Shown: positions 28,579 through 38,434 of the stretch, piece after piece | Position numbering within the stretch: position 1 is the first letter of the stretch | How the letters are laid out: every line of letters begins with the position of its first letter | Assembly (NCBI GenBank): GCA_031459385.1 | Contig: JAVKIP010000016.1 | Location: forward strand, 1-64,000 | Reading direction: 5' to 3' | Length of the DNA stretch: 64,000 nt | DNA from: Candidatus Fervidifonticultor secundus | GTDB lineage: Bacteria; Sysuimicrobiota; Sysuimicrobiia; Sysuimicrobiales; Humicultoraceae | Made by a program: the position numbers and the translations under genes | Notes under the pieces: generated by a model | Seen by the model: the letters and a program-made list of their open reading frames with translations, nothing else | Databases searched by the model: none | What the model was told of the DNA's origin: nothing

Positions 28579-29597
28579 TGCTGGTGGTGGTCAAGGAGCG
28601 CGAGGGTCCGGGCTTTGCGCTCCGGACCGTCCCTGTGCCCGTGCCACCGCCGGGCTGGGTGCGGGTGCGCGTACGCGCCGCCGGCATCTGCGGCTCCGAC
28701 CTGCCGATCTTCGACGGGCGGCGCCGGGTGCCGTTGCCGCTCATCCCCGGGCACGAGGTCACGGGCGAGGTCGAGCGCCTCGGGCCCGGCGTAGACGGGT
28801 GGACGCCGGGCGACCGCGTGGCCGTGGGCATGGTCGTGGCCTGCGGCCGGTGCACGGCGTGCGCCGCCGCGCAGCCAGAACTCTGCGATGCCCTGGTCGA
28901 GCTCGGCATCGACGCCCCTGGCGGCTTCGCCGACTACATGGTGGCGCCTGCCGCCAACCTCCACCGCCTGCCTGCCGGGCTCTCGTTCGTGGAGGCCACG
29001 GCCGCCGACCCCCTGGCGTCGACCCTGCACGGCCTGGCGCCGGCGCAGATCACCCCCGACGACGTCGTGGCGGTCTTCGGGCTGGGTGCCATCGGCCTGT
29101 ACGCCGTGCAGGTGGCCCGGTCCGCAGGTGCGCGGCGGGTGGTCGCCCTCGGCCGCCGCGACGACGCGCTGCAGTTGGCCCGGGAGCTCGGGGCGGAGGC
29201 GGTGGACCTGCGCGGCCGCGACGCGCCGGCCGCAGTGCGCGCCCTGGCGCCGGGCGGGGCCTCCGTGGTCGTCGAGGCCACCGGCGCGCCGGCGGTGGCC
29301 TCGCAGGCCGTGGCGAGCGCAGCCAAGGGTGCCCGCGTGGTCGTCCTCGGCGTCTTCTATGAGCCGGTGCCGATGGACCTGGGGGCCCTCGTCCGCCGAG
29401 AATTGCGGGTGTTCGGCCGCCTGTGCTATACGTGGGACGAGTACGAGCAGGCGCTGGCACTGCTGGCGTCTGGCCGGATCCGGCCGCTCGTGAGCCATAC
29501 GTTTCCCCTGTCCGAGATCTCCCGCGCCCTTGACCTGCTCCGCAGCCGCGGGACGATCAAGGTGGTCGTGGAACCAGCACCGCAGGAGGAGGGCTGA
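28578..29597 (+). CDS. Zn-dependent alcohol dehydrogenase (TDH/sorbitol DH-like)
   Basis: GICGSD, GHE, CGRCTAC..C, GLGAIG. Confidence 0.9.
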   Translation: MLVVVKEREGPGFALRTVPVPVPPPGWVRVRVRAAGICGSDLPIFDGRRRVPLPLIPGHEVTGEVERLGPGVDGWTPGDRVAVGMVVACGRCTACAAAQPELCDALVELGIDAPGGFADYMVAPAANLHRLPAGLSFVEATAADPLASTLHGLAPAQITPDDVVAVFGLGAIGLYAVQVARSAGARRVVALGRRDDALQLARELGAEAVDLRGRDAPAAVRALAPGGASVVVEATGAPAVASQAVASAAKGARVVVLGVFYEPVPMDLGALVRRELRVFGRLCYTWDEYEQALALLASGRIRPLVSHTFPLSEISRALDLLRSRGTIKVVVEPAPQEEG

Positions 29598-29599
29598 GA

Positions 29600-31174
29600 G
29601 TGAACAGAGTCCTGGGACTTGTGCTCGTGGTTGTGCTCGCGGCAGGGACGGCTCTGCAGGCCGCGCCCGGCGGTCGCGCGCTGGTCATGGCCAGGGCCAA
29701 GATGGACATCCGCACGCTCGACCCGCACCGCCAGTACGAGATCTCGCCGCCGCAGATCATCCGTGCGGCCTACGAGACGCTCGTCACCCTGGGGGAGCAG
29801 GGACGGAACCTCACCAGGCTGGAGCCGCTGCTGGCGGAGTCGTACACGATCTCGCCGGACGGCAAGACCTACACCTTCCGGCTCCGGCGGGGCGTGAGGT
29901 TCCACACCGGCGGCGTCATGACGGCCCAGGACGTCGTCTTCTCGTTCACGCGGCTGGGCAACCTCAAGGACAACCCGGCGTGGCTGTTCAGCGACCACGT
30001 GGCAGCTATCACGGCCGTCGACCCCCAGACCGTGCGGATCACGCTCAAGGAACCCAACGCGGCCTTCCTCTCGATGCTCGTCTCGCCCAACTTCGCCGTG
30101 GTGGACAGCAAGGCGGTGCGCGCCCGCGGGGGCACCGACGCCGCGGGGGCCGACAAGGCCGACCGGGCCACCGACTGGCTCGACCAGAACTCGGCTGGCA
30201 CCGGGCCGTTCATCTTGCGCAGGTGGACGCGCGGGGTCGAGGTGGTGCTGGAGCGCAATCCCGCCTACTGGCGGGCGCCCGCGCCGGCGGCGCGCATCGT
30301 CGTGCGCGACATCCCCGATCCGGCCACGCAGCTCGAGCAGGTGGAGCGCGGCGACGTGCACGTCGCGCAGAGCCTGGACGCCGACCTCATCGCCCGGTTT
30401 CGGCGGTCCGGCCGGGGCCAGGTGGTCGAGGGGAACACGCTGGACATGATCTACCTGGCGATGACCACCAACGTGCAGATCTCGTCGGCCCTGGCCGACC
30501 GGCGCGTCCGGCAGGCCGTCGCGGCCGTCATCGACTACGATGGCATCATCAAGGGCCTGATGCGCGGCGCCGCCATCCAGATCCCGTCCATCATCCCCGT
30601 AGGGCTGCTGGGCACCGACGCCAGCCTGGCACCCCGGCGCGACCTGGCGCGCGCCAGGGCGCTCATGGCCGAGGCCGGGTACCCCAACGGCTTCACGGTG
30701 AAGATGGTCTATCCGACCTACGTGCTGGTCGGCGGCCTCGCAGCCGAGACGCTGGTGACCAAGCTCCAGGCCGACCTGGCGCAGATCGGTGTGCGGCTGC
30801 AGCTCGAGCCGCGAGAGACGGTACAGTGGCGCGCGGACTACCGCGGGGGGAAGCTGGCCATCACCATCGCCGACTGGACGCCGGACTTCGCCGACCCGCA
30901 TGGGTGGGCGGTGCCGTTCGCCGTGAAGGGGGCCGCGGCGGCCCGACGCGTCTACTACGACAATCCGCGGGCCGCGCAGCTGGCGACCGAGGCCGGGCGC
31001 CTCACCGACCCTGCCCGGCGGGCCCAGATGTACCTGGAGCTGCAGCGTCTCCTCATCGCTGACGCGGCGTTCGTCGGGTTGATCCAGCCCAAGGTCCATC
31101 TGGCCCTGGCGCCGGGGGTGCGCGGCATCGTGTACAACCCGGTCTACTTCATGGACTACTACTACGTGCGCTAG
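29600..31174 (+). CDS. Peptide ABC substrate-binding protein (family 5)
   Basis: Signal peptide; TLDP, YETLV, SPDGKTYTFRLRRGVRFH, GTGPF. Confidence 0.92.
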   Translation: MNRVLGLVLVVVLAAGTALQAAPGGRALVMARAKMDIRTLDPHRQYEISPPQIIRAAYETLVTLGEQGRNLTRLEPLLAESYTISPDGKTYTFRLRRGVRFHTGGVMTAQDVVFSFTRLGNLKDNPAWLFSDHVAAITAVDPQTVRITLKEPNAAFLSMLVSPNFAVVDSKAVRARGGTDAAGADKADRATDWLDQNSAGTGPFILRRWTRGVEVVLERNPAYWRAPAPAARIVVRDIPDPATQLEQVERGDVHVAQSLDADLIARFRRSGRGQVVEGNTLDMIYLAMTTNVQISSALADRRVRQAVAAVIDYDGIIKGLMRGAAIQIPSIIPVGLLGTDASLAPRRDLARARALMAEAGYPNGFTVKMVYPTYVLVGGLAAETLVTKLQADLAQIGVRLQLEPRETVQWRADYRGGKLAITIADWTPDFADPHGWAVPFAVKGAAAARRVYYDNPRAAQLATEAGRLTDPARRAQMYLELQRLLIADAAFVGLIQPKVHLALAPGVRGIVYNPVYFMDYYYVR

Positions 31175-31261
31175 CGCCATCGTTCGCGCCTGGCCCGCAG
31201 GCCGCCGACCCCGGGGCGGCGTCGCGGCCGGACCACCGCGTGGGCGGGGACGGGGGGTCGC

Positions 31262-32284
31262 GTGACGAGCTTCTGGTGGTTCGTCGCACGCCGGGTGCTC
31301 GTCACCCTCCCCCTCCTGGTGCTGGTCACGCTGCTGGGGTTCGTCCTCACGTACTTGATCCCGGCCGATCCCCTGGCGATGGTGCTCTCGGAGCGGGCCA
31401 TGGCGAACCCCGAGATCGTCCGCGCATACCGCGAGCGCTGGGGCCTGGACCAGCCGCCGCACCTGCGGTACCTGACCTACGTCGGCAACCTGCTGCGAGG
31501 CGACCTGGGCACCTCGATCGCTACCCAGCAGCCGGTGCTCAGTGACCTCAAGGCGTTCGTCCCCGCGACGGTCGAGCTCGCGCTGGCCGCCCTGTGCGTG
31601 GCCGTCGCCGTCGGATTGCCGCTCGGAGTGATGGCCGCGGTGCGCCGCGACCGCGCTGCCGACCATCTGGCGCGCGTCGGCTCGCTGGTGGGCGTCTCGA
31701 TGCCGGTCTTCTGGCTGGGCCTGCTGGCGCTGGCGGTCTTCTACTACCGGCTGCAGGTGGCGCCCGGCCCCGGCCGGCTGGATGCCCAGATCGTCCCGCC
31801 GGAGCCGCTCACGGGGCTGCTGATCGTGGACAGCCTGGTGCGCGGGCGGTGGGACGCCCTGGCGGACGCGCTGTCCCATCTCGCGCTCCCGGCGCTGGTG
31901 CTGGGCGCGTACGTCATGGGCACGATCACGCGCGTGACCCGCTCCAGCGTGCTCGAGGTGCTGGCGCAGGACTACGTCCGCACCGCGCGCGCCAAGGGGC
32001 TGGCCGAACGGGTGGTCATCGGCCGGCACGCGCTCCGCAACGCGCTGATCCCCACCGTCACCGTCGTCGGTCTGGCCTTCGGCAACCTGATGGCCGGAGC
32101 GGTGATGACCGAGACGATCTTCGCCTGGCCGGGGATCGGCCGCTACGCGGTCGAGGCCGCCAGCAAGCTCGACTTCCCGGCCATCATGGGCGTGACGCTG
32201 TTCGTGGCGGTCGTCTACGTGGGCGTGAACTTCCTGGTCGATCTCACCTACGGGTTGCTGGACCCGCGCATCCGGCTCGGTTAG
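31262..32284 (+). CDS. ABC permease DppB type
   Basis: GDLGTS, SMPVFWLG, DYVRTARAKG, ETIFAWPGIG, DPRIR. Confidence 0.93.
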   Translation: MTSFWWFVARRVLVTLPLLVLVTLLGFVLTYLIPADPLAMVLSERAMANPEIVRAYRERWGLDQPPHLRYLTYVGNLLRGDLGTSIATQQPVLSDLKAFVPATVELALAALCVAVAVGLPLGVMAAVRRDRAADHLARVGSLVGVSMPVFWLGLLALAVFYYRLQVAPGPGRLDAQIVPPEPLTGLLIVDSLVRGRWDALADALSHLALPALVLGAYVMGTITRVTRSSVLEVLAQDYVRTARAKGLAERVVIGRHALRNALIPTVTVVGLAFGNLMAGAVMTETIFAWPGIGRYAVEAASKLDFPAIMGVTLFVAVVYVGVNFLVDLTYGLLDPRIRLG

Positions 32285-32286
32285 GC

Positions 32287-33111
32287 GTGGGGCGGGAGCT
32301 GCGGCGCAGCCGCGCGGCGGTGCTGGGCCTGGCGGTGGTGGGGCTGTGGGCGCTGGCAGCGATACTGGCGCCCTGGCTGGCGCCGCACTCCCCGACCGAG
32401 CAGCACCTGGCCGACCGCCTCTCACCGCCGTCGGCGCGCTACCCGCTGGGGACCGACGAGCTGGGGCGCGACGTGCTGAGCCGGGTGCTCTACGGTGCGC
32501 GCCTGTCGGTGCCCACGGCGCTGGGCGTCGTGGCGCTCACGGCACTGCTGGGGACGGTGCTGGGAGCCGTGAGCGGTTTCGCCGGCGGGCTCGTGGACGA
32601 GACGCTCATGCGGGTGAGCGACGCCGTGCTGGCCTTCCCCTCGCTGATCCTTGCCATGGCCATCACGGCGGCGCTGGGGCCCGGACTGCGCAACGCGCTG
32701 CTGGCCATGGTCCTGGTGCTGTGGCCCGAGTACGCCCGCATCGTCCGTGGACAGGTGCTCAGCATCCGCGAGATGGAGTACGTCGTCGCCGCCCGCGCGC
32801 TGGGCGCGCGGGATGGGCGCATCCTCCGCCGGCACGTCGCGCCCAACATCGCCTCCCTGGCCCTGGTGAAGGCCAGTCTCGACGTCGGCAACGTGATGAT
32901 CATCGCCGCGGCGTTGTCGTTCGTGGGGCTGGGCGCCACCCCGCCCGCGCCCGAGTGGGGCGCGATGGTGGCCGCCGGCCGGCAGAAGTTCTTCGAGTGG
33001 TGGGTGGGCACGTTCCCGGGGCTGGCGATCTTCACCGCCGTGATGGGTTTCAACTTCCTGGGTGACGGCCTGCGCGATGTGATGGACGCCCGGCTACGCG
33101 GCGTGCGCTGA
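32287..33111 (+). CDS. ABC permease DppC type
   Basis: LGTDELGRDVLSR, YVVAARALG, LSFVGLG, PEWG, NFLGDGLRD. Confidence 0.92.
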   Translation: MGRELRRSRAAVLGLAVVGLWALAAILAPWLAPHSPTEQHLADRLSPPSARYPLGTDELGRDVLSRVLYGARLSVPTALGVVALTALLGTVLGAVSGFAGGLVDETLMRVSDAVLAFPSLILAMAITAALGPGLRNALLAMVLVLWPEYARIVRGQVLSIREMEYVVAARALGARDGRILRRHVAPNIASLALVKASLDVGNVMIIAAALSFVGLGATPPAPEWGAMVAAGRQKFFEWWVGTFPGLAIFTAVMGFNFLGDGLRDVMDARLRGVR

Positions 33112-33159
33112 GGTGGTAGGCTGTCATGGTGTGTGCACACTGAGGAAGAGGAGGCTGCG

Positions 33160-33675
33160 ATGGATCCCGTCCGCATCTACGACTACCTGACCCAGGCGCG
33201 GGCCCGGCTCTTCGCCTGGGTGCGCCCGCTGGGCCAGGAGCAGTACACGCGCGAGTTCCCGTTCGGGATGAAGACGCTGCGCGCCACGCTGGTGGAGATG
33301 GCCAGGGGCGAGTGGGCGTACGCGCACCGCCTGGCCGGCGAGGCGCTGCCGCCGGCCGACCAGTGGCCGGTGCGGGAGGACCGGCTGCCGGCGTTCGCTG
33401 ACCTCGAGCGCTTCTGGGCCGAGATGGCCCCGCGCACCCGCGCGCTGCTGGCGGGCATCGGTGACTGGCAGACTGAGGTCACCTATCGGCTCGCGCGGCC
33501 GGGCCAGCCGGCGGTGTGGATCACGGCCACCAAGACCGACCTCGCGACGCAGCTGATCCTCCACGAGGTGCACCATCGGGCGCAAGCCATGGCCATGCTG
33601 CGCCAGCTCGGGGTCGCCGCGCAGAACCTCGACTACTCGGCCCTGATGTTCCGCCGCCGGGAGGAGTCGGCATGA
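33160..33675 (+). CDS. DinB family protein
   Basis: TLRATLVEMARGEWAY and HEVHHRAQ; SD GAGGAGG. Confidence 0.8.
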   Translation: MDPVRIYDYLTQARARLFAWVRPLGQEQYTREFPFGMKTLRATLVEMARGEWAYAHRLAGEALPPADQWPVREDRLPAFADLERFWAEMAPRTRALLAGIGDWQTEVTYRLARPGQPAVWITATKTDLATQLILHEVHHRAQAMAMLRQLGVAAQNLDYSALMFRRREESA

Positions 33676-35456
33676 GCGCACGGGGTGCCTGCGTCTGCCG
33701 GTGCGGGTGAGCCGTCCGGTGCGGACGCGCCGAGCGGAGCCGCTGAGCCTCCTGGGGCGGACGAGCCGGCCGGAGCCGGTGAGCCTCCCGGGGCGGACGC
33801 GCCGAGCGAGGCGTAGGCGGCCGCTCCTGCCGGGGTCACGTACCCCTCTTGGAGGTCGCGCGCCAGATCTTCGGGACGCCGCCGGGCAGGGTCGCCGTAG
33901 CCGCTGCCGCCGGAGGTCTCCAGGACGATCTCCTGTGCGGGCGCGCGCAGCTCCACCAGCTCGCTCCACTGGGGCTCGGCGACGACGTGACTTCCTTCCA
34001 TGATGCGAACCCGCGCACGCTGCCCGGGCTGGCCGCCGTACAGCCCGGGCTGGCTGACGCGGGCGCCGATGGGGTGCACGTCCACCCAGACCGGCAGCCC
34101 ATCGTCGTGGAGCTTGCGCAGCCGCAGCCGCTGCCCCAGGCCGCCGCGGTGCGCGCCCGGCCCGCCCGAGTCGGGGATCAGCTCCTTGGCCAGGACGACG
34201 AGGGGCGTCCGCTGCTCGAACATCTCCACCGAGACGGTGCCGGCGGAGGTAGGGTACAGCAGTGCCGACCTCCCGTCGCCGTGGGCGCTGGCGCCCTGGC
34301 CACCGCCCAGGAGGATGTGGGCGTTGAACGTGCGCCCGTCGGCGTCGTGGCCATAGGCGCCCGCGTAGGATGGCAGGCCCGTGAACGCCTGGACCGCCTG
34401 CGGCAGGACCGGTGCCAGCGCCCGGAAGATCGCCGGGCCGCAGAACCAGCCGGTCATCGTGCGCTGGTTGACCGCGGCCGGGCGCCGGCAGTTGAGGAGG
34501 CTGCCCTCCGGTGCCCGCACGTGCAGCGGCCGGTAGCAGCCGGCGTTGGAGGGGATCGCCGGCGTCAGGATCGACTTCAGCGCGTAGACGGTGTGCGCGG
34601 CGGTGTAGGTGTAGGTGCAGTTGACACCGCCGCGCGGAGACTGAGGGGGCGCACCGCTCCAGTCCACGGTGATCTCGTCGCCGGCGACCGTGACGGCGCA
34701 GGGCAGGTGCTGCGGCCCCTCGACGCCGTCGATGGTCACCTGGCTCCGGTACACGCCGTCGGGGACCGCGCGGATGGCAGCCCGCATCGCCGCCTCGGCG
34801 CGGTCCTGCACCTCGCGGGCCAGTGGGGTCAGCCGGTCGAGCCCGTACTCGTCCATGAAGGCCCGCAGGCGCTCGGCGCCCACGTGGCACGACGACACCT
34901 GCGCCTGGATGTCGCCGAAGACCCCTTCGGGGCGCCGGACGTTGGCACAAAGGACGGCTGCCAGGTCCTGGTTCAGCCGCCCCGCCTCGTACAGCCGCAG
35001 CGGCGGGATCTGCAGGCCCTCCTCGTAGATGTCGCGCACGCGCTCCGGGTCCCGTGTGCCGCCGATGTCGGAGCAGTGGGCGATGTTGCCGACCAGGCCC
35101 ACCAGCGTGCCGCGGTGGAAGACCGGCAGGACCACGGCCAGGTCGAACAGGTGCCCGGCGCAGATCCACGGGTCGTTCGTGATGAGCACGTCGCCCTCGC
35201 GCAGCGTCTCCGGCGGGATGTGCCGCAGCATCGCCTGGACCGCCAGGGGCAGCGTCAGGTTGAAGACGGGCATCGAGCGGGGTGAGTGGGCGATAGAGCG
35301 CGCCTCGGCGTCGAACAACTCACACCCGAAGTCCTGGGCCTCGCCGATGATCGTCGAGAAGGCGGTGCGCCAGATGGTCACCCAGCACTCCTCGGCGATG
35401 TTGATCAGCCGGCTCCACATGATCTCCAGCGTGATGGGGTCGAAGGGGGCGCTCAT
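33633..35456 (-). CDS. Hydantoinase B/oxoprolinase family protein
   Basis: DPITLEI, TAFSTII, GDVLITNDPW, GHLFD, HCSDIGG, EEGL, SGGPGAHRGG, GGSGYGDP. Confidence 0.92.
   Translation of the reverse strand: MSAPFDPITLEIMWSRLINIAEECWVTIWRTAFSTIIGEAQDFGCELFDAEARSIAHSPRSMPVFNLTLPLAVQAMLRHIPPETLREGDVLITNDPWICAGHLFDLAVVLPVFHRGTLVGLVGNIAHCSDIGGTRDPERVRDIYEEGLQIPPLRLYEAGRLNQDLAAVLCANVRRPEGVFGDIQAQVSSCHVGAERLRAFMDEYGLDRLTPLAREVQDRAEAAMRAAIRAVPDGVYRSQVTIDGVEGPQHLPCAVTVAGDEITVDWSGAPPQSPRGGVNCTYTYTAAHTVYALKSILTPAIPSNAGCYRPLHVRAPEGSLLNCRRPAAVNQRTMTGWFCGPAIFRALAPVLPQAVQAFTGLPSYAGAYGHDADGRTFNAHILLGGGQGASAHGDGRSALLYPTSAGTVSVEMFEQRTPLVVLAKELIPDSGGPGAHRGGLGQRLRLRKLHDDGLPVWVDVHPIGARVSQPGLYGGQPGQRARVRIMEGSHVVAEPQWSELVELRAPAQEIVLETSGGSGYGDPARRRPEDLARDLQEGYVTPAGAAAYASLGASAPGGSPAPAGSSAPGGSAAPLGASAPDGSPAPADAGTPCAHADSSRRRNIRAE
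33697..33804. repeat. Degenerate tandem repeat, 6 x 18 nt (3 x 36 nt), in the hydantoinase B C-terminus
   Basis: gccggtgcgggtgagccg / tccggtgcggacgcgccg / agcggagccgctgagcct / cctggggcggacgagccg / gccggagccggtgagcct / cccggggcggacgcgccg. Confidence 0.75.
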
Positions 35457-37540
35457 GCGTGGCCTCCGACGGCGATGAGCAGGTGTCCGTGGGGGTCAAC
35501 GGTCAGGCGGTCGCCCGGCGCGACCACCGTGGTGGCCTCGCGCTCCTCGATGATCGCCGGCCCGGCGATGGCGGCGCCCGCGGGCAGGCGGTAGCGGTCG
35601 AAGACTGGCACCTCGACGAAGCCGCCGCGCTCGGGGAAGTACGCGCGGCGCACGCCCTTCCGCGGCTCGCCAGGGGTGGGCGTCCATGCCGCCACCAGCG
35701 CGGCCTCGGGCCGGCTCCCGGTGACGAGCACGCGCCAGTTGAGGGCCTGCACGCGGTAGCCGTCTAGCGAGTGGCCGTACAGCGTGCGGTAGGACGCTAC
35801 GAACTGGCGCTGGAGGTCTGCGGCCCCGCCGTCGGCTAGCGGGCCCGGGGGAAGCGGTACCGCGATGTCGTGGAACTGGCCCGCAAAGCGCATCTCGGCC
35901 CGTCGCTCGACGCGGACCCCTTCGGGGGCGACGCCGGCCTGGGCCAGCAGCGTCCGGCCGCGCGCCTCCAGGTCGGCGAGCAGCGCATCCACGGCGTGCC
36001 AGTCGAGGGCATCGAGCTCTCCGGGCAGTGAGCGGGCCACCTCCACGCTCGCCGGCGCCACCAGGAACCCGATGGCGGACGCCACGCCAGGCGCCGGGGG
36101 GATGACGACCTCGCGCATGCCCAGGATGCGCGCCACGTGCGCCGCATGGGCGGGGCCGGCGCCCCCGAACGCCATCAGCGCGAACCGGCGCGGGTCCTCG
36201 CCCCGCTCGATGAGGTGCACGCGGGCCGCCGCCGCCATGTTCTCGCAGGCGATGCTGTAGACGCCCCAGGCGGTCTGGACGGGGTCGAGGCCCAGTGGCG
36301 CGCCGGCGCGGGCCAGCGCCGCCTCGGCCGCGGCCGCGTCCAGAACCATCGCGCCGCCCAGGAAGTAGTGCGGGTCGAAGTACCCCAGCGCCAGGCACGC
36401 GTCGGTGACGGTAGCCTCGACGCCGCCGAAGCCGTAGCACGCCGGGCCGGGCACTGCGCCGGCGCTGTCGGGCCCGACCTTGAGCAGTCCCAGCGCATCG
36501 ACGCGCGCGATGGAGCCGCCCCCCGCGCCGATCTCGATCATGTCCACCACCGGGATCGTGATGGGGATCCCCGAGCCGCGTCTGAACCGGTGGACGCGTG
36601 CGACCTCCACGACGGGCCGCACGTCGGGCTGGCCGCCGCGCACCAGCGCGATCTTGGCCGTGGTGCCACCCATGTCGAACGCCACCTGCGCCGGGCGTCC
36701 CGCACGCTCGCCGAAGAACGCCGCGACCAGTGCACCGCCTGCGGGCCCGGATTCCAGCAACCGGATCGGGTACCGGCGCGCGGCGTCCGGGGCGAGCAGG
36801 CCACCGGAGGACTGCATCAGGTAGAATCGCCCCCGAAAGCCGCGGGCGGCCGTTGCCTCGGCGAGCCGGTCCAGGTAGCCCGCGACCAGCGGCTGGACGT
36901 AGGCGTTGGCTACCGTGGTACAGGTGCGCTCGTACTCGCGGATCTCGGGGGCGACCTCGCTGCTGATCGAGACGGCCAGGTCCGGGAACTCGGCCAGCAG
37001 GAGGTCGCGGGCCGCCTGCTCGTGGGCGGGGTTGCGGTAGGCGTGGAGGAAGACCACCGCCAGCGCCCGGACGCCCTGAGCGACCAGCGCGCGGGCCGCG
37101 GCGCGCACCTGCGCAGGGTCCAGGGGGCGCAGCACCGCGCCGTCGCGGCTGCACCGCTCGTCGACCTCCAGGCGCCAGCGGCGCGGGACCAGCGGCTCGG
37201 GGTAGCGCAGGAACAGGTCGTAGATGTCGTAGCGTTGCTCGCGGCCGATCTCCAGCACGTCGCGGAAGCCGCGGGTGCACACCAGCCCCGTGGGCGCGCC
37301 CCGGCGCTCGATGATGGCGTTGGTGACCAGCGTAGTGCCGTGCACCAGCAGGTCGACCCCCGCCAGCGGCACGCCGGCGCGCAGGCAGAGCTCGTCAAGC
37401 CCGCGCAGGGCGCCGGCAGCAGGGTCGTCGGGCGTGGTCAGGACCTTGTGGGTGGCGAGCCGGCCCGTGGCGGCGTCGTGGAGAGCGAGGTCGGTGAATG
37501 TCCCGCCGATGTCGAAGGCGATGCGGTAGCGCGTCGTCAT
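35453..37540 (-). CDS. Hydantoinase A/oxoprolinase family protein
   Basis: DIGGTFTD, HGTTLVTN, ESGPAGG, DMGGTT, GAGGGS, VGPDSAGA.PGPACY, AFGGAGP. Confidence 0.93.
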   Translation of the reverse strand: MTTRYRIAFDIGGTFTDLALHDAATGRLATHKVLTTPDDPAAGALRGLDELCLRAGVPLAGVDLLVHGTTLVTNAIIERRGAPTGLVCTRGFRDVLEIGREQRYDIYDLFLRYPEPLVPRRWRLEVDERCSRDGAVLRPLDPAQVRAAARALVAQGVRALAVVFLHAYRNPAHEQAARDLLLAEFPDLAVSISSEVAPEIREYERTCTTVANAYVQPLVAGYLDRLAEATAARGFRGRFYLMQSSGGLLAPDAARRYPIRLLESGPAGGALVAAFFGERAGRPAQVAFDMGGTTAKIALVRGGQPDVRPVVEVARVHRFRRGSGIPITIPVVDMIEIGAGGGSIARVDALGLLKVGPDSAGAVPGPACYGFGGVEATVTDACLALGYFDPHYFLGGAMVLDAAAAEAALARAGAPLGLDPVQTAWGVYSIACENMAAAARVHLIERGEDPRRFALMAFGGAGPAHAAHVARILGMREVVIPPAPGVASAIGFLVAPASVEVARSLPGELDALDWHAVDALLADLEARGRTLLAQAGVAPEGVRVERRAEMRFAGQFHDIAVPLPPGPLADGGAADLQRQFVASYRTLYGHSLDGYRVQALNWRVLVTGSRPEAALVAAWTPTPGEPRKGVRRAYFPERGGFVEVPVFDRYRLPAGAAIAGPAIIEEREATTVVAPGDRLTVDPHGHLLIAVGGHA

Positions 37541-37579
37541 GCGTACACCGTGCCGCGACCGCCCGCGCCGGGCCGGCGG

Positions 37580-38434
37580 CTAGCGCGGCCCGCCCCAGTA
37601 GACGGACTCCAGCCCGACCAGCCGCTCGATGAGGATGATGATGACGACGCTCAGCACGATGCTCACGGTCGACACGGCCGCGGCGGCGGGGTCGAACGAG
37701 AACCGCAGGTAGTCGAAGAGCTGGATCGGCAGCGTCGTGTTCCCCACGCTGATGAGCAGCAGCGACACGGGAAACTGGTCGAATGACGTGATGAACGCGA
37801 AGAGCGCCCCGGAGATCAGCCCGCCCTTGATCAGCGGCAGCGTGATGCGCCAGAACGTCACCAGCGGGCCCGCACCTAGCGACCGGGCGGCCTCTTCCAG
37901 GGACCGGTCGAACCCCACCAGCACCGTAGAGACGGTCAGGAAGACGTAGGGGAGCGCGACCAGCGTGTGGCCGATGAGCAGCGCGCGCATGCCGCGCGTG
38001 CCGAGCCCGGTGGCGTAGAAGAAGATCAGCAGGGCGATGCCCGTGAGGATCGCGGGGAACTGCAGCGGCGCCACCAGCAGCAGGCGCAGCAGGTCCCGCG
38101 CCCGCCGCGCATACCGCACGACGAACAACGCCGCCGTCGTCCCCAGCAACGTGCTGGCCAGCGTGGCCAGCACGGCCAGCCGCAGGCTGAACTCGAACGC
38201 CCGGACGAAGGGCCCGTGTTGCGCAGCCTTCACGAACCACCGCAGCGAGAGCCCCTCGGGCGGGAAGCGCAGGTAGTCGCCGGCGTTGAACGCTGCGATC
38301 ACGACGATGGCGATCGGCGCCAGCAGGAAGGCGTAGACCAGCGCGACCACCAGCGGCAGCAGCCAGGCCCGGTGCGCCGGAAGGCGCGGGGCCCGCCGCG
38401 CCGCGGCGGCCGGCAGGGCTACGGTGTGGTCCAT
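37580..38434 (-). CDS. ABC permease (PotC-like)
   Basis: FPPEGLSLRWF, LEEAARSLGA, ITLPLIK, FITSFD. Confidence 0.9.
   Translation of the reverse strand: MDHTVALPAAAARRAPRLPAHRAWLLPLVVALVYAFLLAPIAIVVIAAFNAGDYLRFPPEGLSLRWFVKAAQHGPFVRAFEFSLRLAVLATLASTLLGTTAALFVVRYARRARDLLRLLLVAPLQFPAILTGIALLIFFYATGLGTRGMRALLIGHTLVALPYVFLTVSTVLVGFDRSLEEAARSLGAGPLVTFWRITLPLIKGGLISGALFAFITSFDQFPVSLLLISVGNTTLPIQLFDYLRFSFDPAAAAVSTVSIVLSVVIIILIERLVGLESVYWGGPR

Noticed and set aside
33697..33804. Possible CRISPR array (36-nt periodicity)
   Set aside because: Units are contiguous and degenerate with no unique spacers, lie within a CDS, and no cas genes are present.
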